In this document: one piece after another, positions 51,440-61,374 of the stretch
Position numbering within the stretch: the first letter of the stretch is position 1
How the letters are laid out: every line of letters starts with the position of its first letter
Assembly: GCA_964506505.1 (NCBI GenBank)
Contig: CAZDKY010000003.1
Span: 44,673-108,672 of the forward strand
DNA: 64,000 bases
Origin: an uncultured Syntrophomonadaceae bacterium
Lineage (GTDB): Bacteria > Bacillota > Dethiobacteria > DTU022
Direction of reading: 5' to 3'
Notes under the pieces: model-generated
Database searches by the model: none
Told to the model about the DNA's origin: nothing
Seen by the model: only the letters and a program-made list of their open reading frames with translations
Position numbers and translations under genes: made by a program

Positions 51440-52408
51440 TTATTCTGCCAGGTCACAGAGCGCCGGTATGCCCAGGAGAGAAGATGCCTTCTGAACAGCC
51501 CTTTCTATAGCCATACTTACTGCTTCTGCAGCCATTATGCCCACCAGACTGACATCAGCGGAAAGATTGCCTTCTGAAATGGCAAATACGGTATCACCAT
51601 CCCACATTGTATGAACCGGCCAAATCGATCGGGCAAACCCATCATGGGCAAGCTGGCAAACTTTGGTCAGGGCGGGTCCGTCCAGGGAAGCATTAGTGGC
51701 TACAGCAGCGAGGGTTGTATTGTCTCCGCTTCCAACAGCGCCAGTTTTTTTTAAAAGTTCTGCTGTATTTTCCATTGAACCGCTTCCCGGGTTTCGAGGA
51801 CCGGCCAGCAAACGCCCGTTTCGATCGTATATATCCCCGAATGCATTGACTATTACCAGGGCAGCAACGATGAGAGGACCGCTACAGACTGCAGCCGAAC
51901 CCTGGCCGGACTTTACTGCACCAGGCATACCGTAGTATTTGGCTACTGTAGCGCCGGTTCCGGCACCCACCGAACCTTCCGGCACGGGACCAGCTGTTGC
52001 AACAACACAGGCCTGGTAACCCATTTCGGTATCCGGACGCACGGTGCCGTCGCCAAGGAAAAGGTCAAAAATTACGGCTGCCGGGACAATGGGAACGCGA
52101 ATGCCGCCGACCGGAAATCCTTTTTCATGTTCCTCCAGATACCTGACCACACCTGAAGCGGCATCAAGCCCAAAGGCACTCCCTCCGGACAGCATAATCG
52201 CCTGAACAGATTGAACGAGTCGCCCCGGCACGAGCAGGTCAGTTTCCCTGGTTCCCGGAGCCGACCCCCGTACTTCCACCGCCGCCCTCGCTCCTTCTTC
52301 AACGAGAACAACGGTTAACCCGGTAGCTGCTTCATTGTTGGAAACCACTCCTACTTTAATACCCTCTATATCCGTTAATCCGCCGGTCATGATTTTATCT
52401 TTCAACAC
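51440..52408 (-). CDS. P1/S58-family peptidase (DmpA/OAT-like, L-aminopeptidase/D-Ala-esterase family)
   Basis: N-terminal ..GLTDIEGIKVGVVSNNEAATGLTVVLVEEG.. and the self-processing Ntn-hydrolase-like region ..GSGDNTTLAAVATNASL. Confidence 0.7.
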   Translation of the reverse strand: MLKDKIMTGGLTDIEGIKVGVVSNNEAATGLTVVLVEEGARAAVEVRGSAPGTRETDLLVPGRLVQSVQAIMLSGGSAFGLDAASGVVRYLEEHEKGFPVGGIRVPIVPAAVIFDLFLGDGTVRPDTEMGYQACVVATAGPVPEGSVGAGTGATVAKYYGMPGAVKSGQGSAAVCSGPLIVAALVIVNAFGDIYDRNGRLLAGPRNPGSGSMENTAELLKKTGAVGSGDNTTLAAVATNASLDGPALTKVCQLAHDGFARSIWPVHTMWDGDTVFAISEGNLSADVSLVGIMAAEAVSMAIERAVQKASSLLGIPALCDLAE

Positions 52409-52445
52409 CTTGTCCTGATAATAAAAAGGAGCTTTTAAAGGCTCC

Positions 52446-54533
52446 CTATAATTCTTCTTCCTGTTTTTCTTTCTGATCGCCGGGCTGCTGTTGGAAAGAA
52501 GCCCGATTCTCTTTATTTTTCTTTAATATTTCTGTTTTTGCCACATCGGAAGAAACCCTCTCACCAATTGATGAAGTCTGCTTGGTCCTGGTATTCTCTT
52601 GAATAACAGACCTCGTCGCTGCCACTTCGTCATCATCACTGTCAGAAATATGTTCCTCTTTCTGCGGCTCATTAAGCTTCAACTCTTCCTGATCTCCCTG
52701 ATCTTCCTGATCTCCCTGATTCTTCTGATCTTCTTCAACCGGCAATTCTTTCCCCTCAACCAGGGCTTTTATTTCCTCGGCATCAAGAGTCTCTTTTTCC
52801 ATTAAGGCTACAGCTATCTTCTCCAGCTTATCCCTTTCTTTTTCCAGGATATCCTCGGCAATCTGGTAACAATTATCCATGGTTTTCCTGACTTCCTGAT
52901 CGATTGCCTTGGCAATTTCTTCGCTGTAATCACGGTCCCTTGCCAGATCTCGGCCCAGGAAAATCTGATCGTGCTTCTTGCCAAGGGTAATGGGACCGAG
53001 GGCATCACTCATGCCGTATTCCATGATCATCTGCCTAACTATTTGAGTAGCTCTCTCCAGGTCATTCTGAGCACCGGTGCTGATGTCATTAAGCACCAGT
53101 TTCTCGGCTACCCTTCCGCCGAGGAGAGTGCTTACCCGATCCAGCAGTTCGGATCGGGTCATATAGTATCTATCTTCTTCTGGAAACATCAGCGTATAAC
53201 CACCGGCACGACCGCGCGGGATAATCGATACTTTGTGCACCGGGTCAGTATGGGGCAGAAGATAACCGACCAGGGCATGTCCCGCCTCGTGATAGCCAAC
53301 TATCTTTTTCTCAAAAGCGCTGATAACCCGGCTTTTTTTCTGTGTTCCGGCTACCACTCTCTCCACAGCTTCTTCCATTTCTGTCATACTTATCTGTTTT
53401 TCGGAAATACGTGCCGTCAGGAGGGCCGCCTCATTAACAACATTCTCCAGATCGGCACCGGTAAAACCTGGTGTGCCGCGAGCGACTACTTTTAAATCTA
53501 CTCCCGAGGCGAGCGGTTTATTCTTTGAATGCACCTTCAATATTTCTTCCCGTCCCCTAACATCCGGCAGTCCGACCGTAATTTGACGGTCGAATCGACC
53601 GGGACGAAGAAGGGCCGGATCAAGAATGTCAGGCCTGTTGGTAGCGGCAATAATAATAATACCTTCATTGACATCAAAACCGTCCATCTCGACCAGGAGC
53701 TGGTTCAGAGTTTGTTCCCGTTCGTCGTGCCCGCCGCCCAGGCCAGCGCCTCGCTGCCGTCCCACAGCATCAATTTCATCAATGAATACAATGCAGGGTG
53801 AATTTTTCTTGGCATTTTCGAACATATCCCTGACGCGTGAGGCTCCCACTCCAACGAACATTTCAACGAAATCAGATCCACTGATACTGAAAAAGGGAAC
53901 ACCGGCTTCGCCGGCAACAGCACGGGCCAGCAGTGTTTTACCAGTTCCCGGTGGTCCAACGAGCAGAATTCCTTTGGGGATACGGGCACCAATTTCGATA
54001 TATTTACGCGGATCTTTCAAAAAATCAACCACTTCGGAAAGCTCCGCCCTTTCTTCGTCAGCACCGGCTACATCTTTAAAAGTAACCTTCTTTTTCTCCC
54101 CCTCCTGCAGGCGGGCTTTGCTCTTGCCAAAATTCATCACCTTGTTACCGCCACCCTGTGTCTGCTGCATGAAGAAAAAGAAAATACCCATTAACAACAG
54201 AAATGGAATCAGATAGGTCAGGGCGCTCTGCCACCAGCTTGGGCCGCGTGCCGGATTGGTAGCATAAACCACTTCATTTTCCAGCAGCAGTTCGGTCAGG
54301 TTGTGGTCATCGGGACGATAGGTGGTAACAACAGTCCCATCAGTAAAAACCGCTTCAACTTCATTACCATACATATCAACCTTTTCCACTTGACCGCTTT
54401 CCAAATTGCGGACAAACAGATCATAACTTATTTCTTCCGGTGCAGTACCGGTATTGAACGTAGAAAGTAATACAATTACTACCAGGGCTATGACAAGGTA
54501 GAATGTAATTTGTCTCAAAAAAGGGCTCAACAT
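52446..54533 (-). CDS. ftsH: ATP-dependent zinc metalloprotease FtsH with a C-terminal acidic tail of about 100 aa
   Basis: Walker A GPPGTGKT, the second-region-of-homology motif, and the HEAGH zinc site. I placed the start at ATG 54533, which has a GGAGAGGAGGG ribosome-binding site. The ORF track begins 17 codons upstream. Confidence 0.9.
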   Translation of the reverse strand: MLSPFLRQITFYLVIALVVIVLLSTFNTGTAPEEISYDLFVRNLESGQVEKVDMYGNEVEAVFTDGTVVTTYRPDDHNLTELLLENEVVYATNPARGPSWWQSALTYLIPFLLLMGIFFFFMQQTQGGGNKVMNFGKSKARLQEGEKKKVTFKDVAGADEERAELSEVVDFLKDPRKYIEIGARIPKGILLVGPPGTGKTLLARAVAGEAGVPFFSISGSDFVEMFVGVGASRVRDMFENAKKNSPCIVFIDEIDAVGRQRGAGLGGGHDEREQTLNQLLVEMDGFDVNEGIIIIAATNRPDILDPALLRPGRFDRQITVGLPDVRGREEILKVHSKNKPLASGVDLKVVARGTPGFTGADLENVVNEAALLTARISEKQISMTEMEEAVERVVAGTQKKSRVISAFEKKIVGYHEAGHALVGYLLPHTDPVHKVSIIPRGRAGGYTLMFPEEDRYYMTRSELLDRVSTLLGGRVAEKLVLNDISTGAQNDLERATQIVRQMIMEYGMSDALGPITLGKKHDQIFLGRDLARDRDYSEEIAKAIDQEVRKTMDNCYQIAEDILEKERDKLEKIAVALMEKETLDAEEIKALVEGKELPVEEDQKNQGDQEDQGDQEELKLNEPQKEEHISDSDDDEVAATRSVIQENTRTKQTSSIGERVSSDVAKTEILKKNKENRASFQQQPGDQKEKQEEEL
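52688..52732. repeat. Five tandem 9-bp repeats (cctgatctc / cctgatctt) inside the ftsH 3' tail
   Basis: Read directly on the + strand. On the coding strand these repeats encode the [13 protein letters not shown] segment. Confidence 0.6.
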
Positions 54534-54652
54534 GCACCCTCCTCTCCATACAAAGCTCACAAAGCCTAACCTTGATTTTAACATACCGGCTGGCCATAAG
54601 CAATTAAAACATGATCCTGCGAATAAATAATATCTGGCTCATTTATTCTTGA

Positions 54653-55177
54653 TCAGGCTTTCAAGATACACAGATCGGCTAGCTGACGATAGTCCTCGTT
54701 ATAATCCAATCCATACCCGATGACAAAACGATCGGGGATGGTAAATCCGCAATAATCGGGATCAAAAACTACTTCACGGCGTTCCGGTTTATCAAGAAGA
54801 GTTGCCACTTTCAAAGTTTTTGGCTGACGGCTGCTTAAATTTTCCTTGAGATAGCTGAGTGTAAGGCCGGTATCGACAATATCCTCAATAATCAAAACAT
54901 CCTTATCCTTGATACTCCGATCAAGGTCCTTTTGTATGCGCACTACACCTGAGGAAGCCGTATCGGCACCATAGCTTGAGACAGCCATGAAATCAATTTC
55001 CACCGGTATATCAAGGCTACGGATCAGATCGCTCAAAAAGACCACCGCTCCTTTTAATACCCCGATCAGGAGAGGTTTCCGACCTTTATAATCAGCTGAA
55101 ATTTTGGAGGCCATTTCCCGGACTCTGTTCCCAATTTCTTCTGCACTAAGCATTACTTCCAACCTCTCTTCTGCCAT
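54653..55177 (-). CDS. hpt: Hypoxanthine phosphoribosyltransferase
   Basis: PRPP-binding motif VLIIEDIVDTGLT. Confidence 0.9.
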   Translation of the reverse strand: MAEERLEVMLSAEEIGNRVREMASKISADYKGRKPLLIGVLKGAVVFLSDLIRSLDIPVEIDFMAVSSYGADTASSGVVRIQKDLDRSIKDKDVLIIEDIVDTGLTLSYLKENLSSRQPKTLKVATLLDKPERREVVFDPDYCGFTIPDRFVIGYGLDYNEDYRQLADLCILKA

Positions 55178-55291
55178 CTAATTGCCACCTTTCCCATTTT
55201 TTTACCCGGGGCAGCCCCGGGGCCTGCAGCAGAAACAGCTTCCAAATCCAGGATCCATAAAACCGATCTGTTCCACCAGAATTACTTCTTT

Positions 55292-56713
55292 TCACCTTTT
55301 AAACCGCCGTTTTTTAAAAACTCTGTATTCCAGTAATAAAACCCGCTCTGTTTCTTTCGTGATTCGATATGGATGGGCAATCCTCTTTCCAACTATCCAG
55401 ATTATTTCGCCTCCAGCCGTCAGGAGCGGTACTGAAGACCTTTCCGGGGCCGGTATTTTCTGATCAATAAAAAATTTCTTCAGCTTTTTGCTTCCGGAAG
55501 CACCCTGAGGATGAAACCGCGCCCCCGTCCAGCGGAATCGAATGGCCAGCTTTTTATGGACAATCTTATCATAATCAAGATAGGCCAAGCAGGATGGAGG
55601 CGGCCAGGTAAGCTGATCCGGCTTAACAATGCGAGCTGTTACCGAGCCCTTTCCCGGTATCACTGTACGCCCGGGAAGAACAAGCTGAATCCGGGCCGAT
55701 GATAATTGTTGCGGTTCGACTTTTTTGAAAAACCGGAGGAAACGGCCGTCATGATAAATATGGACCGCTCCCGGGAGCGTATAGATCCAACCTCTCCTGC
55801 CTTCCTTTAATGTACCAAGCAGTGCTTCAGTGTGCTCTCTGCCCGGAGCTTCTGTCAGACCGCTTTTTTCCAAAATCCTCCGTAATACCCGACCGCGCAG
55901 GGCTTCCGGCAAAACCATCAAAGCGTCTCTCTCAACAGCCGTTTTATTTCCTCCACCCCTCATCAACCTGAGGCTGTACCTTTCGGTCATATTTTCCATA
56001 AACAATCGATCTTTTAAAGCAAGCGAAGCCAGGCCTGAAAGAGATTCACGTATGCGGGGGTTGAATTCACTTTCCAGTCTTGGTATCAGTTCAAGGCGCA
56101 GTTTATTGCGGGTATAATTGGTCTCCAGATTACTACTGTCGGTGCAAGGCTGAAGACCTTTAGTGGTACAATATGCTTCAATTTCCTTCCTGGTAAGGCA
56201 AAGAAGGGGCCTCAGGAACTTTAGCCCATCCTCATAGCGGCAGGGCAGGATTCCGGCTAAACCGTCAACCCCGGTACCCCTGATTATATTCAACAACACA
56301 GTTTCGGCCTGATCATCGAGGTGATGGCCAAGAACTATAGCAGTTGCATGGTATTTTGCCGCCACCTCGCGGAATAAATTATACCTCGCCAGGCGTCCCG
56401 CTTCTTCTTCCGAAATCCTGCGCTCACTTTTTAGGGCACGAATATCAATTGCTTTCATTTCGAAAGGCAGAGACCAGTCGACGGCAATTTTTTCAACAAA
56501 TGAAGCTTCTTCGACTGCCTCGGGCCTGAGGCAGTGGTTAAGGTGGGCAACAACAATATTGAGTTTTAATTCAGGAAGAGCTCTGCTTAGCATATGAAGC
56601 AGGCAAAGCGAATCCGGCCCCCCCGATACAGCAACAACTACCGTTTCCCCACCGGTTAATAATCTATGTTCTTTGATAAAGCTCTTAACTTTTCCCAGTT
56701 GATCCAAGAGCAC
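55292..56713 (-). CDS. tilS: tRNA(Ile)-lysidine synthetase
   Basis: PP-loop VAVSGGPDS. The 473-aa length fits, and the gene sits upstream of hpt-ftsH as in Bacillus. Confidence 0.85.
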   Translation of the reverse strand: MLLDQLGKVKSFIKEHRLLTGGETVVVAVSGGPDSLCLLHMLSRALPELKLNIVVAHLNHCLRPEAVEEASFVEKIAVDWSLPFEMKAIDIRALKSERRISEEEAGRLARYNLFREVAAKYHATAIVLGHHLDDQAETVLLNIIRGTGVDGLAGILPCRYEDGLKFLRPLLCLTRKEIEAYCTTKGLQPCTDSSNLETNYTRNKLRLELIPRLESEFNPRIRESLSGLASLALKDRLFMENMTERYSLRLMRGGGNKTAVERDALMVLPEALRGRVLRRILEKSGLTEAPGREHTEALLGTLKEGRRGWIYTLPGAVHIYHDGRFLRFFKKVEPQQLSSARIQLVLPGRTVIPGKGSVTARIVKPDQLTWPPPSCLAYLDYDKIVHKKLAIRFRWTGARFHPQGASGSKKLKKFFIDQKIPAPERSSVPLLTAGGEIIWIVGKRIAHPYRITKETERVLLLEYRVFKKRRFKR

Positions 56714-56816
56714 TCACTACCTGTCTGTCGATAGGTGAAGAGTCATATTAGAAAGATAAAAAAACACCCTGATCCAGAGTGCCTTTTGATTAAACACTGA
56801 ACTGACGTTATCCTAT

Positions 56817-57191
56817 CTAAAAAGCTTCCCTGAAAGAACCACGGCCGCCTCTTTTCGATTCTGTATTGCGTTTCAGATCAAGCAGGCGTTCATCGCTTTC
56901 CTTTAGAAAACGGCTCATTTTGTCTTCAAATGAAACCTTTTTTACCGTATCGGGTTTATTCCGGCTGCTTTTTTTATTCGGCGTGTATCCTTCCACCGCC
57001 TGTCTGATTGAAAGACCTATTTTCCCATTGCTTTCTACCGAAAGAACCTTAACTTTCACCTTGTCCGCTTTCTTGAAAAAATCATTGATGTCTTTTACAT
57101 ACTCGTCCGCTATTTCGGATATATGGACAAGGCCTGTTGTTCCACCAGGCAGCTCCACAAAGGCTCCAAATTTTGTGATCCCGGTAATCAC
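56817..57191 (-). CDS. yabR: S1 RNA-binding domain protein (YabR-like)
   Basis: S1-fold region ..GITKFGAFVELPGGTTGLVHISEIAD.. with a basic C-terminal tail. Confidence 0.8.
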   Translation of the reverse strand: MITGITKFGAFVELPGGTTGLVHISEIADEYVKDINDFFKKADKVKVKVLSVESNGKIGLSIRQAVEGYTPNKKSSRNKPDTVKKVSFEDKMSRFLKESDERLLDLKRNTESKRGGRGSFREAF

Positions 57192-57297
57192 TCCCTCCAG
57201 AATACTGCCAACCTTTATTTCCTTCTTAATGAAAAACTCCTCCTTGCGTTATTTTTAAATCATAACTAAAGATATTATAACGATTATAGTGCTATTG

Positions 57298-57633
57298 TCA
57301 ATCCTCCAGTTGAAATATAACCTCTCCGGGCTTTACCAACCCAAGCCTGTCTCGAGCCATCACTTCAAGATACCCGGGATCCTGAAGCCTTTCAATCTCT
57401 TCTTCCAGCGTATCCCTGCGGATTTCAAGTTTATCAATATGTGATTCATATTCGGCCAGTTCATCTTTTACCAGGCACTGCTTGATATACTGGGCACCAA
57501 TCATCAACAACAGGGCAACGATCACTAAAATACCAACTGCACTCACCAAACGGTAAGAGCCATAATTGGTTTCCCTGTACTGCCGGGGGAAATCTGACAC
57601 CTCTTTTCCCCCCGCCCTGTTTTTAGCTTTCAT
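57298..57633 (-). CDS. divIC: Septum formation initiator family protein (DivIC/FtsB)
   Basis: Single TM helix followed by a coiled-coil region (..DELAEYESHIDKLEIRRDTLEEEIERLQD..). Its position between hbs and yabR matches the Bacillus gene order. Confidence 0.7.
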   Translation of the reverse strand: MKAKNRAGGKEVSDFPRQYRETNYGSYRLVSAVGILVIVALLLMIGAQYIKQCLVKDELAEYESHIDKLEIRRDTLEEEIERLQDPGYLEVMARDRLGLVKPGEVIFQLED

Positions 57634-57747
57634 AGTGTTCGCACCGTCTTACAAACGTTTATTTTTAATGAACTTCGACAGGAAAAACCAATTTCCTGCT
57701 CTTGCAGAATAATAATAACTTATTTTGCCATTTAAAGAAAGGTATGA

Positions 57748-57780
57748 TACATTAAAAAGAAAATCCTCCAGTGGAGGATT
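57748..57780 (-). terminator. Rho-independent terminator of hbs
   Basis: Stem aatcctcca / tggaggatt. On the minus strand it is followed by a T-rich run. Confidence 0.6.
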
Positions 57781-57820
57781 AAAGACGGTAATAATTTCCA
57801 TATCTAAAATAACTGTTAGG

Positions 57821-58093
57821 TTATTTTACTTTTTCCTTTAATGCTTTACCCGGTTTAAAAGCAGGAACCTTCAAGGCTTTAATCTTAATTTTTTCTCCCG
57901 TAGCCGGGTTGCGTCCTTCTCTTGCCTTACGATTGCGGACCTCGAAAGTTCCAAAACCTACCAGCTGCACTTTATCCCCACCAACCAAACCGTCAGTTAT
58001 GCTTTCCAGTACCGCTTTAACCGCTTTTTCACTATCCTTTTTGGACATTCCCGCTTTCTCTGCAACCAGATCAACCAGTTCAGATTTGTTCAC
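57821..58093 (-). CDS. hbs: DNA-binding protein HU
   Basis: MNKSELVDLVAEKAGMSKKDSEKAVKAVLESI..GFGTFEVRNRKAREGRNPATGE. Confidence 0.95.
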   Translation of the reverse strand: MNKSELVDLVAEKAGMSKKDSEKAVKAVLESITDGLVGGDKVQLVGFGTFEVRNRKAREGRNPATGEKIKIKALKVPAFKPGKALKEKVK

Positions 58094-58171
58094 TGTTTAA
58101 AGCCCTCCTCATACAAAATGGAATACCTGATTAGTTTATCATTATTCGCTCTTATAGAATGGATCCCTTCT

Positions 58172-59626
58172 TTATTTGCCGATTTTCCTTATTTTTTTAG
58201 CCTCTTCCCACCATTCATCCATTTCTTTCAAGGTAAACTCCTTCAGCGGACGGTTCCTTTTTTCTGCCTGATCAGAGATGTATTGAAAGCGTTTCATAAA
58301 TTTTTTTATGGTCTTACCGAGAGCCATTTCAGGGTTCACCTTCAGAAAACGGGCAACGTTAACTATTGAAAAGAGATAATCGCCGATTTCTTCTTCAATC
58401 GCAGCACCGTCTTCATCCCTACAGGCTTCCTGGAGCTCGGAAAGTTCTTCTTCGACTTTATGCATAGGGCCGTCAAGATCAGGCCAATCGAAGCCGAACT
58501 GGGCAGCCTTCTTCTGCAGTTTATATGCTTTCAGTAAGGCTGGAAGGCCGTAATCAACTGAAAGAACTGGACTGGTTTTATCTTCGTGGCGCTCTTTCGA
58601 TTTGATTTTCTCCCAGATGACTTTAACCTGGGCTGGATTATCCGCTTTCTCACGGCCGAAAACATGGGGATGGCGGCGGATCAATTTTTCGGTAATTCCT
58701 TCAATTACATCAAAGATATCGAACCGCTTTTCTTCCCTGGCAATTTCACTGTGAAAAATAACTTGTAAGAGCAGATCGCCCAGTTCTTCTTTAAATGATT
58801 GATCATCCCTTTTTTCAATAGCGGAAACCACTTCATAAGCTTCCTCGATCAGGTACTGACGCAAACTGACGTGGGTCTGCTCTCTATCCCAGGGACAACC
58901 ATCCGGGGCACGCAGCCTGGTCATAACACCAAGCAGATCACCAATTATCTTTTTACCGGAAGGCGGCAAATATATTGTTGAATAATTATCAAAAAGAGGC
59001 TGTCGATCAAGATCATAAAGCGATCCTGTCCAACTTTTTTCAAAAGGCGTGCCCGCCGCCCTAATCACTGTTACCGGATAGTTTTCCGGGTATATTTCCA
59101 TCAATTTCAATTTTACCTGCGAAGCGATGAAATTATTGTATACCTGGGCCAGGATAAGATGATTGGGCGATGGTTCTTTTAAAGAATCGAGAGCCAGGGC
59201 ATCATAGATGTTGAAACCCTCCAGAAGATCGATTTGAAGAGCATTTAAAAGGGGCTCGATAAAACTTATTCCGGATACAAACTGCAGACCGATGCCCAGC
59301 CGCGGGCAAATTTTCCGCAGTTTTTTAACAACCATTTCTCCCACATCAGGATGCCCGGGGACAGCATAACATACAGTCCCATGTCTTTTGGCAGCCTTGA
59401 TCAATTTAAAAGTTATCTTTCTGTAAACGTGAGAAAAATCTTTTTCATTTTCGTAGAGATAATCAAAAGACTGTCCTTTTTTACCAAGCGCCGCATAGCG
59501 CCTGGCAGCAGGATGCCTGAGAGTACGATAATAAACTAAGGAGTCTTTTTTTAACCAGGACAGCGCCTCTTTGGTTACATCCCGTGGAGACCCCGGCCCC
59601 AGCCCTATGATAATTATTCTATCCAT
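58172..59626 (-). CDS. mazG: YabN-type fusion of a tetrapyrrole-methylase-like domain and a MazG nucleoside triphosphate pyrophosphohydrolase
   Basis: The N-terminus ..IIIGLGPG.. resembles the TP-methylase family. The C-terminal MazG repeats carry EExxE motifs (..LIEEAYEVVSAIE.. and ..VEEELSELQEA..). Confidence 0.85.
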   Translation of the reverse strand: MDRIIIIGLGPGSPRDVTKEALSWLKKDSLVYYRTLRHPAARRYAALGKKGQSFDYLYENEKDFSHVYRKITFKLIKAAKRHGTVCYAVPGHPDVGEMVVKKLRKICPRLGIGLQFVSGISFIEPLLNALQIDLLEGFNIYDALALDSLKEPSPNHLILAQVYNNFIASQVKLKLMEIYPENYPVTVIRAAGTPFEKSWTGSLYDLDRQPLFDNYSTIYLPPSGKKIIGDLLGVMTRLRAPDGCPWDREQTHVSLRQYLIEEAYEVVSAIEKRDDQSFKEELGDLLLQVIFHSEIAREEKRFDIFDVIEGITEKLIRRHPHVFGREKADNPAQVKVIWEKIKSKERHEDKTSPVLSVDYGLPALLKAYKLQKKAAQFGFDWPDLDGPMHKVEEELSELQEACRDEDGAAIEEEIGDYLFSIVNVARFLKVNPEMALGKTIKKFMKRFQYISDQAEKRNRPLKEFTLKEMDEWWEEAKKIRKIGK

Positions 59627-59707
59627 TCAATTACCTCCCCGAAAACCACAATTGCTAGTTTGTTAAAGCTTTAAATAATGCAGAAACAGAAAGCTGCCCG
59701 GGCTTTA

Positions 59708-61339
59708 TTAATCCGAGCCAGACTTTTTCCTGACGCGTATTGCCATTGCAGCAAATTTCCTGCCAATGAATGGTAACATCTGCAGTTCTTCCCCGGTAAA
59801 ACCACCGGATAAAAGGAGAACAGCAAAGTATACAATGATCCCCAGGACAATTGCTGTCAGGGTGGCAACCAGGTTAAGCAGGCCGCCGGATAAGAACCCC
59901 CCCGTAAAACAGGCCATAGCAGTATAAATAAGGTACGCAGTCAGGGCCATAGCTGTGCTGGCTATGCCCGGCAGAACAAGCAATTCCCACACTTTTCCCC
60001 GCCATCCTGTGAAACGGCGGACATAATAAAGGTTCAATGCTGCCGCTACTGCAAGACCGATTACAGAGGCCAGGGCAGAACCGCCCACATTAAGAGAAGG
60101 AATAGCCGTTAGGTACCAGGCCAGGATTGTTTTAACAATCCCCCCGTATAACATATTTAGAGCAGGGACGATCGCTTTGCCAAGGCCCTGGATTAAACCG
60201 GTTGTCGAAACATAGATACACAGAGGGATCACTGACCAGGACATCCAGGCAAGGGGATAACCGGCTTCGGCATTATTAAACAGGAGAACAGTGATCGGCT
60301 CGGCCAGAACGAACAAACCGACAGCCGAGGGAATGGAAAACAGGGCTGTTAATTTCACGGCAACAGCCGATCGGCTGCGAATAAGGCCGTCATTCTTCAG
60401 GATATAAGCTTCAGAAATGGCCGGTACAAGGCTCATACTGAGGGCTAAGGCCATTACATTGGGGAAGTAAACAACAGAACCGGCCATGCCAGTAAGCTGT
60501 CCATACAAAGCGCGTGCGCTTGCAATATCGAAGCCGGCCGCCTGCAGCTGCCGTGGAACCACCGCCAGGTCGATCAGCGATATAAGAGGAATGACCAGAC
60601 CACCGATGGTTACCGGCACCGCCAGGCTCAGAATACGACTGATTATCCGGCTTACGGATTCGGGATTACTGCTTTGGCTTTTCTTTTCTTGCCATAAGGA
60701 ACGGCGGGTTCTCCAATAAAGGAACGCCAGGAATAGAAGACCGGCCAACCCGCCGGCCGCCGCTCCAGAAGTTGCCCCGGCGGCAGCATATTCAATGCCT
60801 ACCGGCAAGTACAATAAAACCAGGCTTAAAGCAAATCCGACCCTGATCAGCTGTTCTATAAGCTGAGAAAGAGCAGTGGGCAGCATATTCTGTTGCCCCT
60901 GGAAAAACCCGCGCAGCGAGGCCATAGTTGTCACAAAAAAAATAGCCGGTGAAATTGCCATCAGGGGATAAACTGCTTTCATATCCCTTATAACCGTAGC
61001 GGCAATAAATTCAGCCCCCAGCAGAAGGACAAAAAAGATAGCAAGGCCGCTTAGCATAAGAATGACAAAAGCAATGCGAAATGCTCTCATCGCTTCGCTG
61101 TATTCGCGTATGGCTATTTTCTCGGCCATTATTTTGGAGAGGGCAACGGGAATTCCTGCGGTGGATATCACCAGCAGGGTTGAATAGATGGGATAAGCAT
61201 ACTGGTAAAGGCCGATTCCTTCATCACCCAGGATTGCGGCCAGAATTATCCTGAAGACAGCTCCTACAATCCGCGCGGCGATACCGGTTACAGCCAGAAT
61301 GGCTGCTCCTCTGACAAACGATGAATTGCTGGTGCCCAA
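59708..61339 (-). CDS. MOP-superfamily flippase (MurJ / SpoVB / YabM-like polysaccharide biosynthesis protein)
   Basis: 543 aa with about 14 TM helices. It lies between mfd and yabN, as yabM does in Bacillus. Confidence 0.75.
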   Translation of the reverse strand: MGTSNSSFVRGAAILAVTGIAARIVGAVFRIILAAILGDEGIGLYQYAYPIYSTLLVISTAGIPVALSKIMAEKIAIREYSEAMRAFRIAFVILMLSGLAIFFVLLLGAEFIAATVIRDMKAVYPLMAISPAIFFVTTMASLRGFFQGQQNMLPTALSQLIEQLIRVGFALSLVLLYLPVGIEYAAAGATSGAAAGGLAGLLFLAFLYWRTRRSLWQEKKSQSSNPESVSRIISRILSLAVPVTIGGLVIPLISLIDLAVVPRQLQAAGFDIASARALYGQLTGMAGSVVYFPNVMALALSMSLVPAISEAYILKNDGLIRSRSAVAVKLTALFSIPSAVGLFVLAEPITVLLFNNAEAGYPLAWMSWSVIPLCIYVSTTGLIQGLGKAIVPALNMLYGGIVKTILAWYLTAIPSLNVGGSALASVIGLAVAAALNLYYVRRFTGWRGKVWELLVLPGIASTAMALTAYLIYTAMACFTGGFLSGGLLNLVATLTAIVLGIIVYFAVLLLSGGFTGEELQMLPFIGRKFAAMAIRVRKKSGSD

Positions 61340-61374
61340 AATAAATTACCTTCTTAAAGTTATTCTGACCTGTA

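Noticed and set aside
55210-55235. GC-rich hairpin cccgggg-cagc-ccccggg between tilS and hpt
   Set aside because: On the transcribed (minus) strand it is followed by an A-run rather than a U-run, so it is not a canonical intrinsic terminator. It is probably an incidental palindrome or a weak attenuator. I found nothing further to support it.
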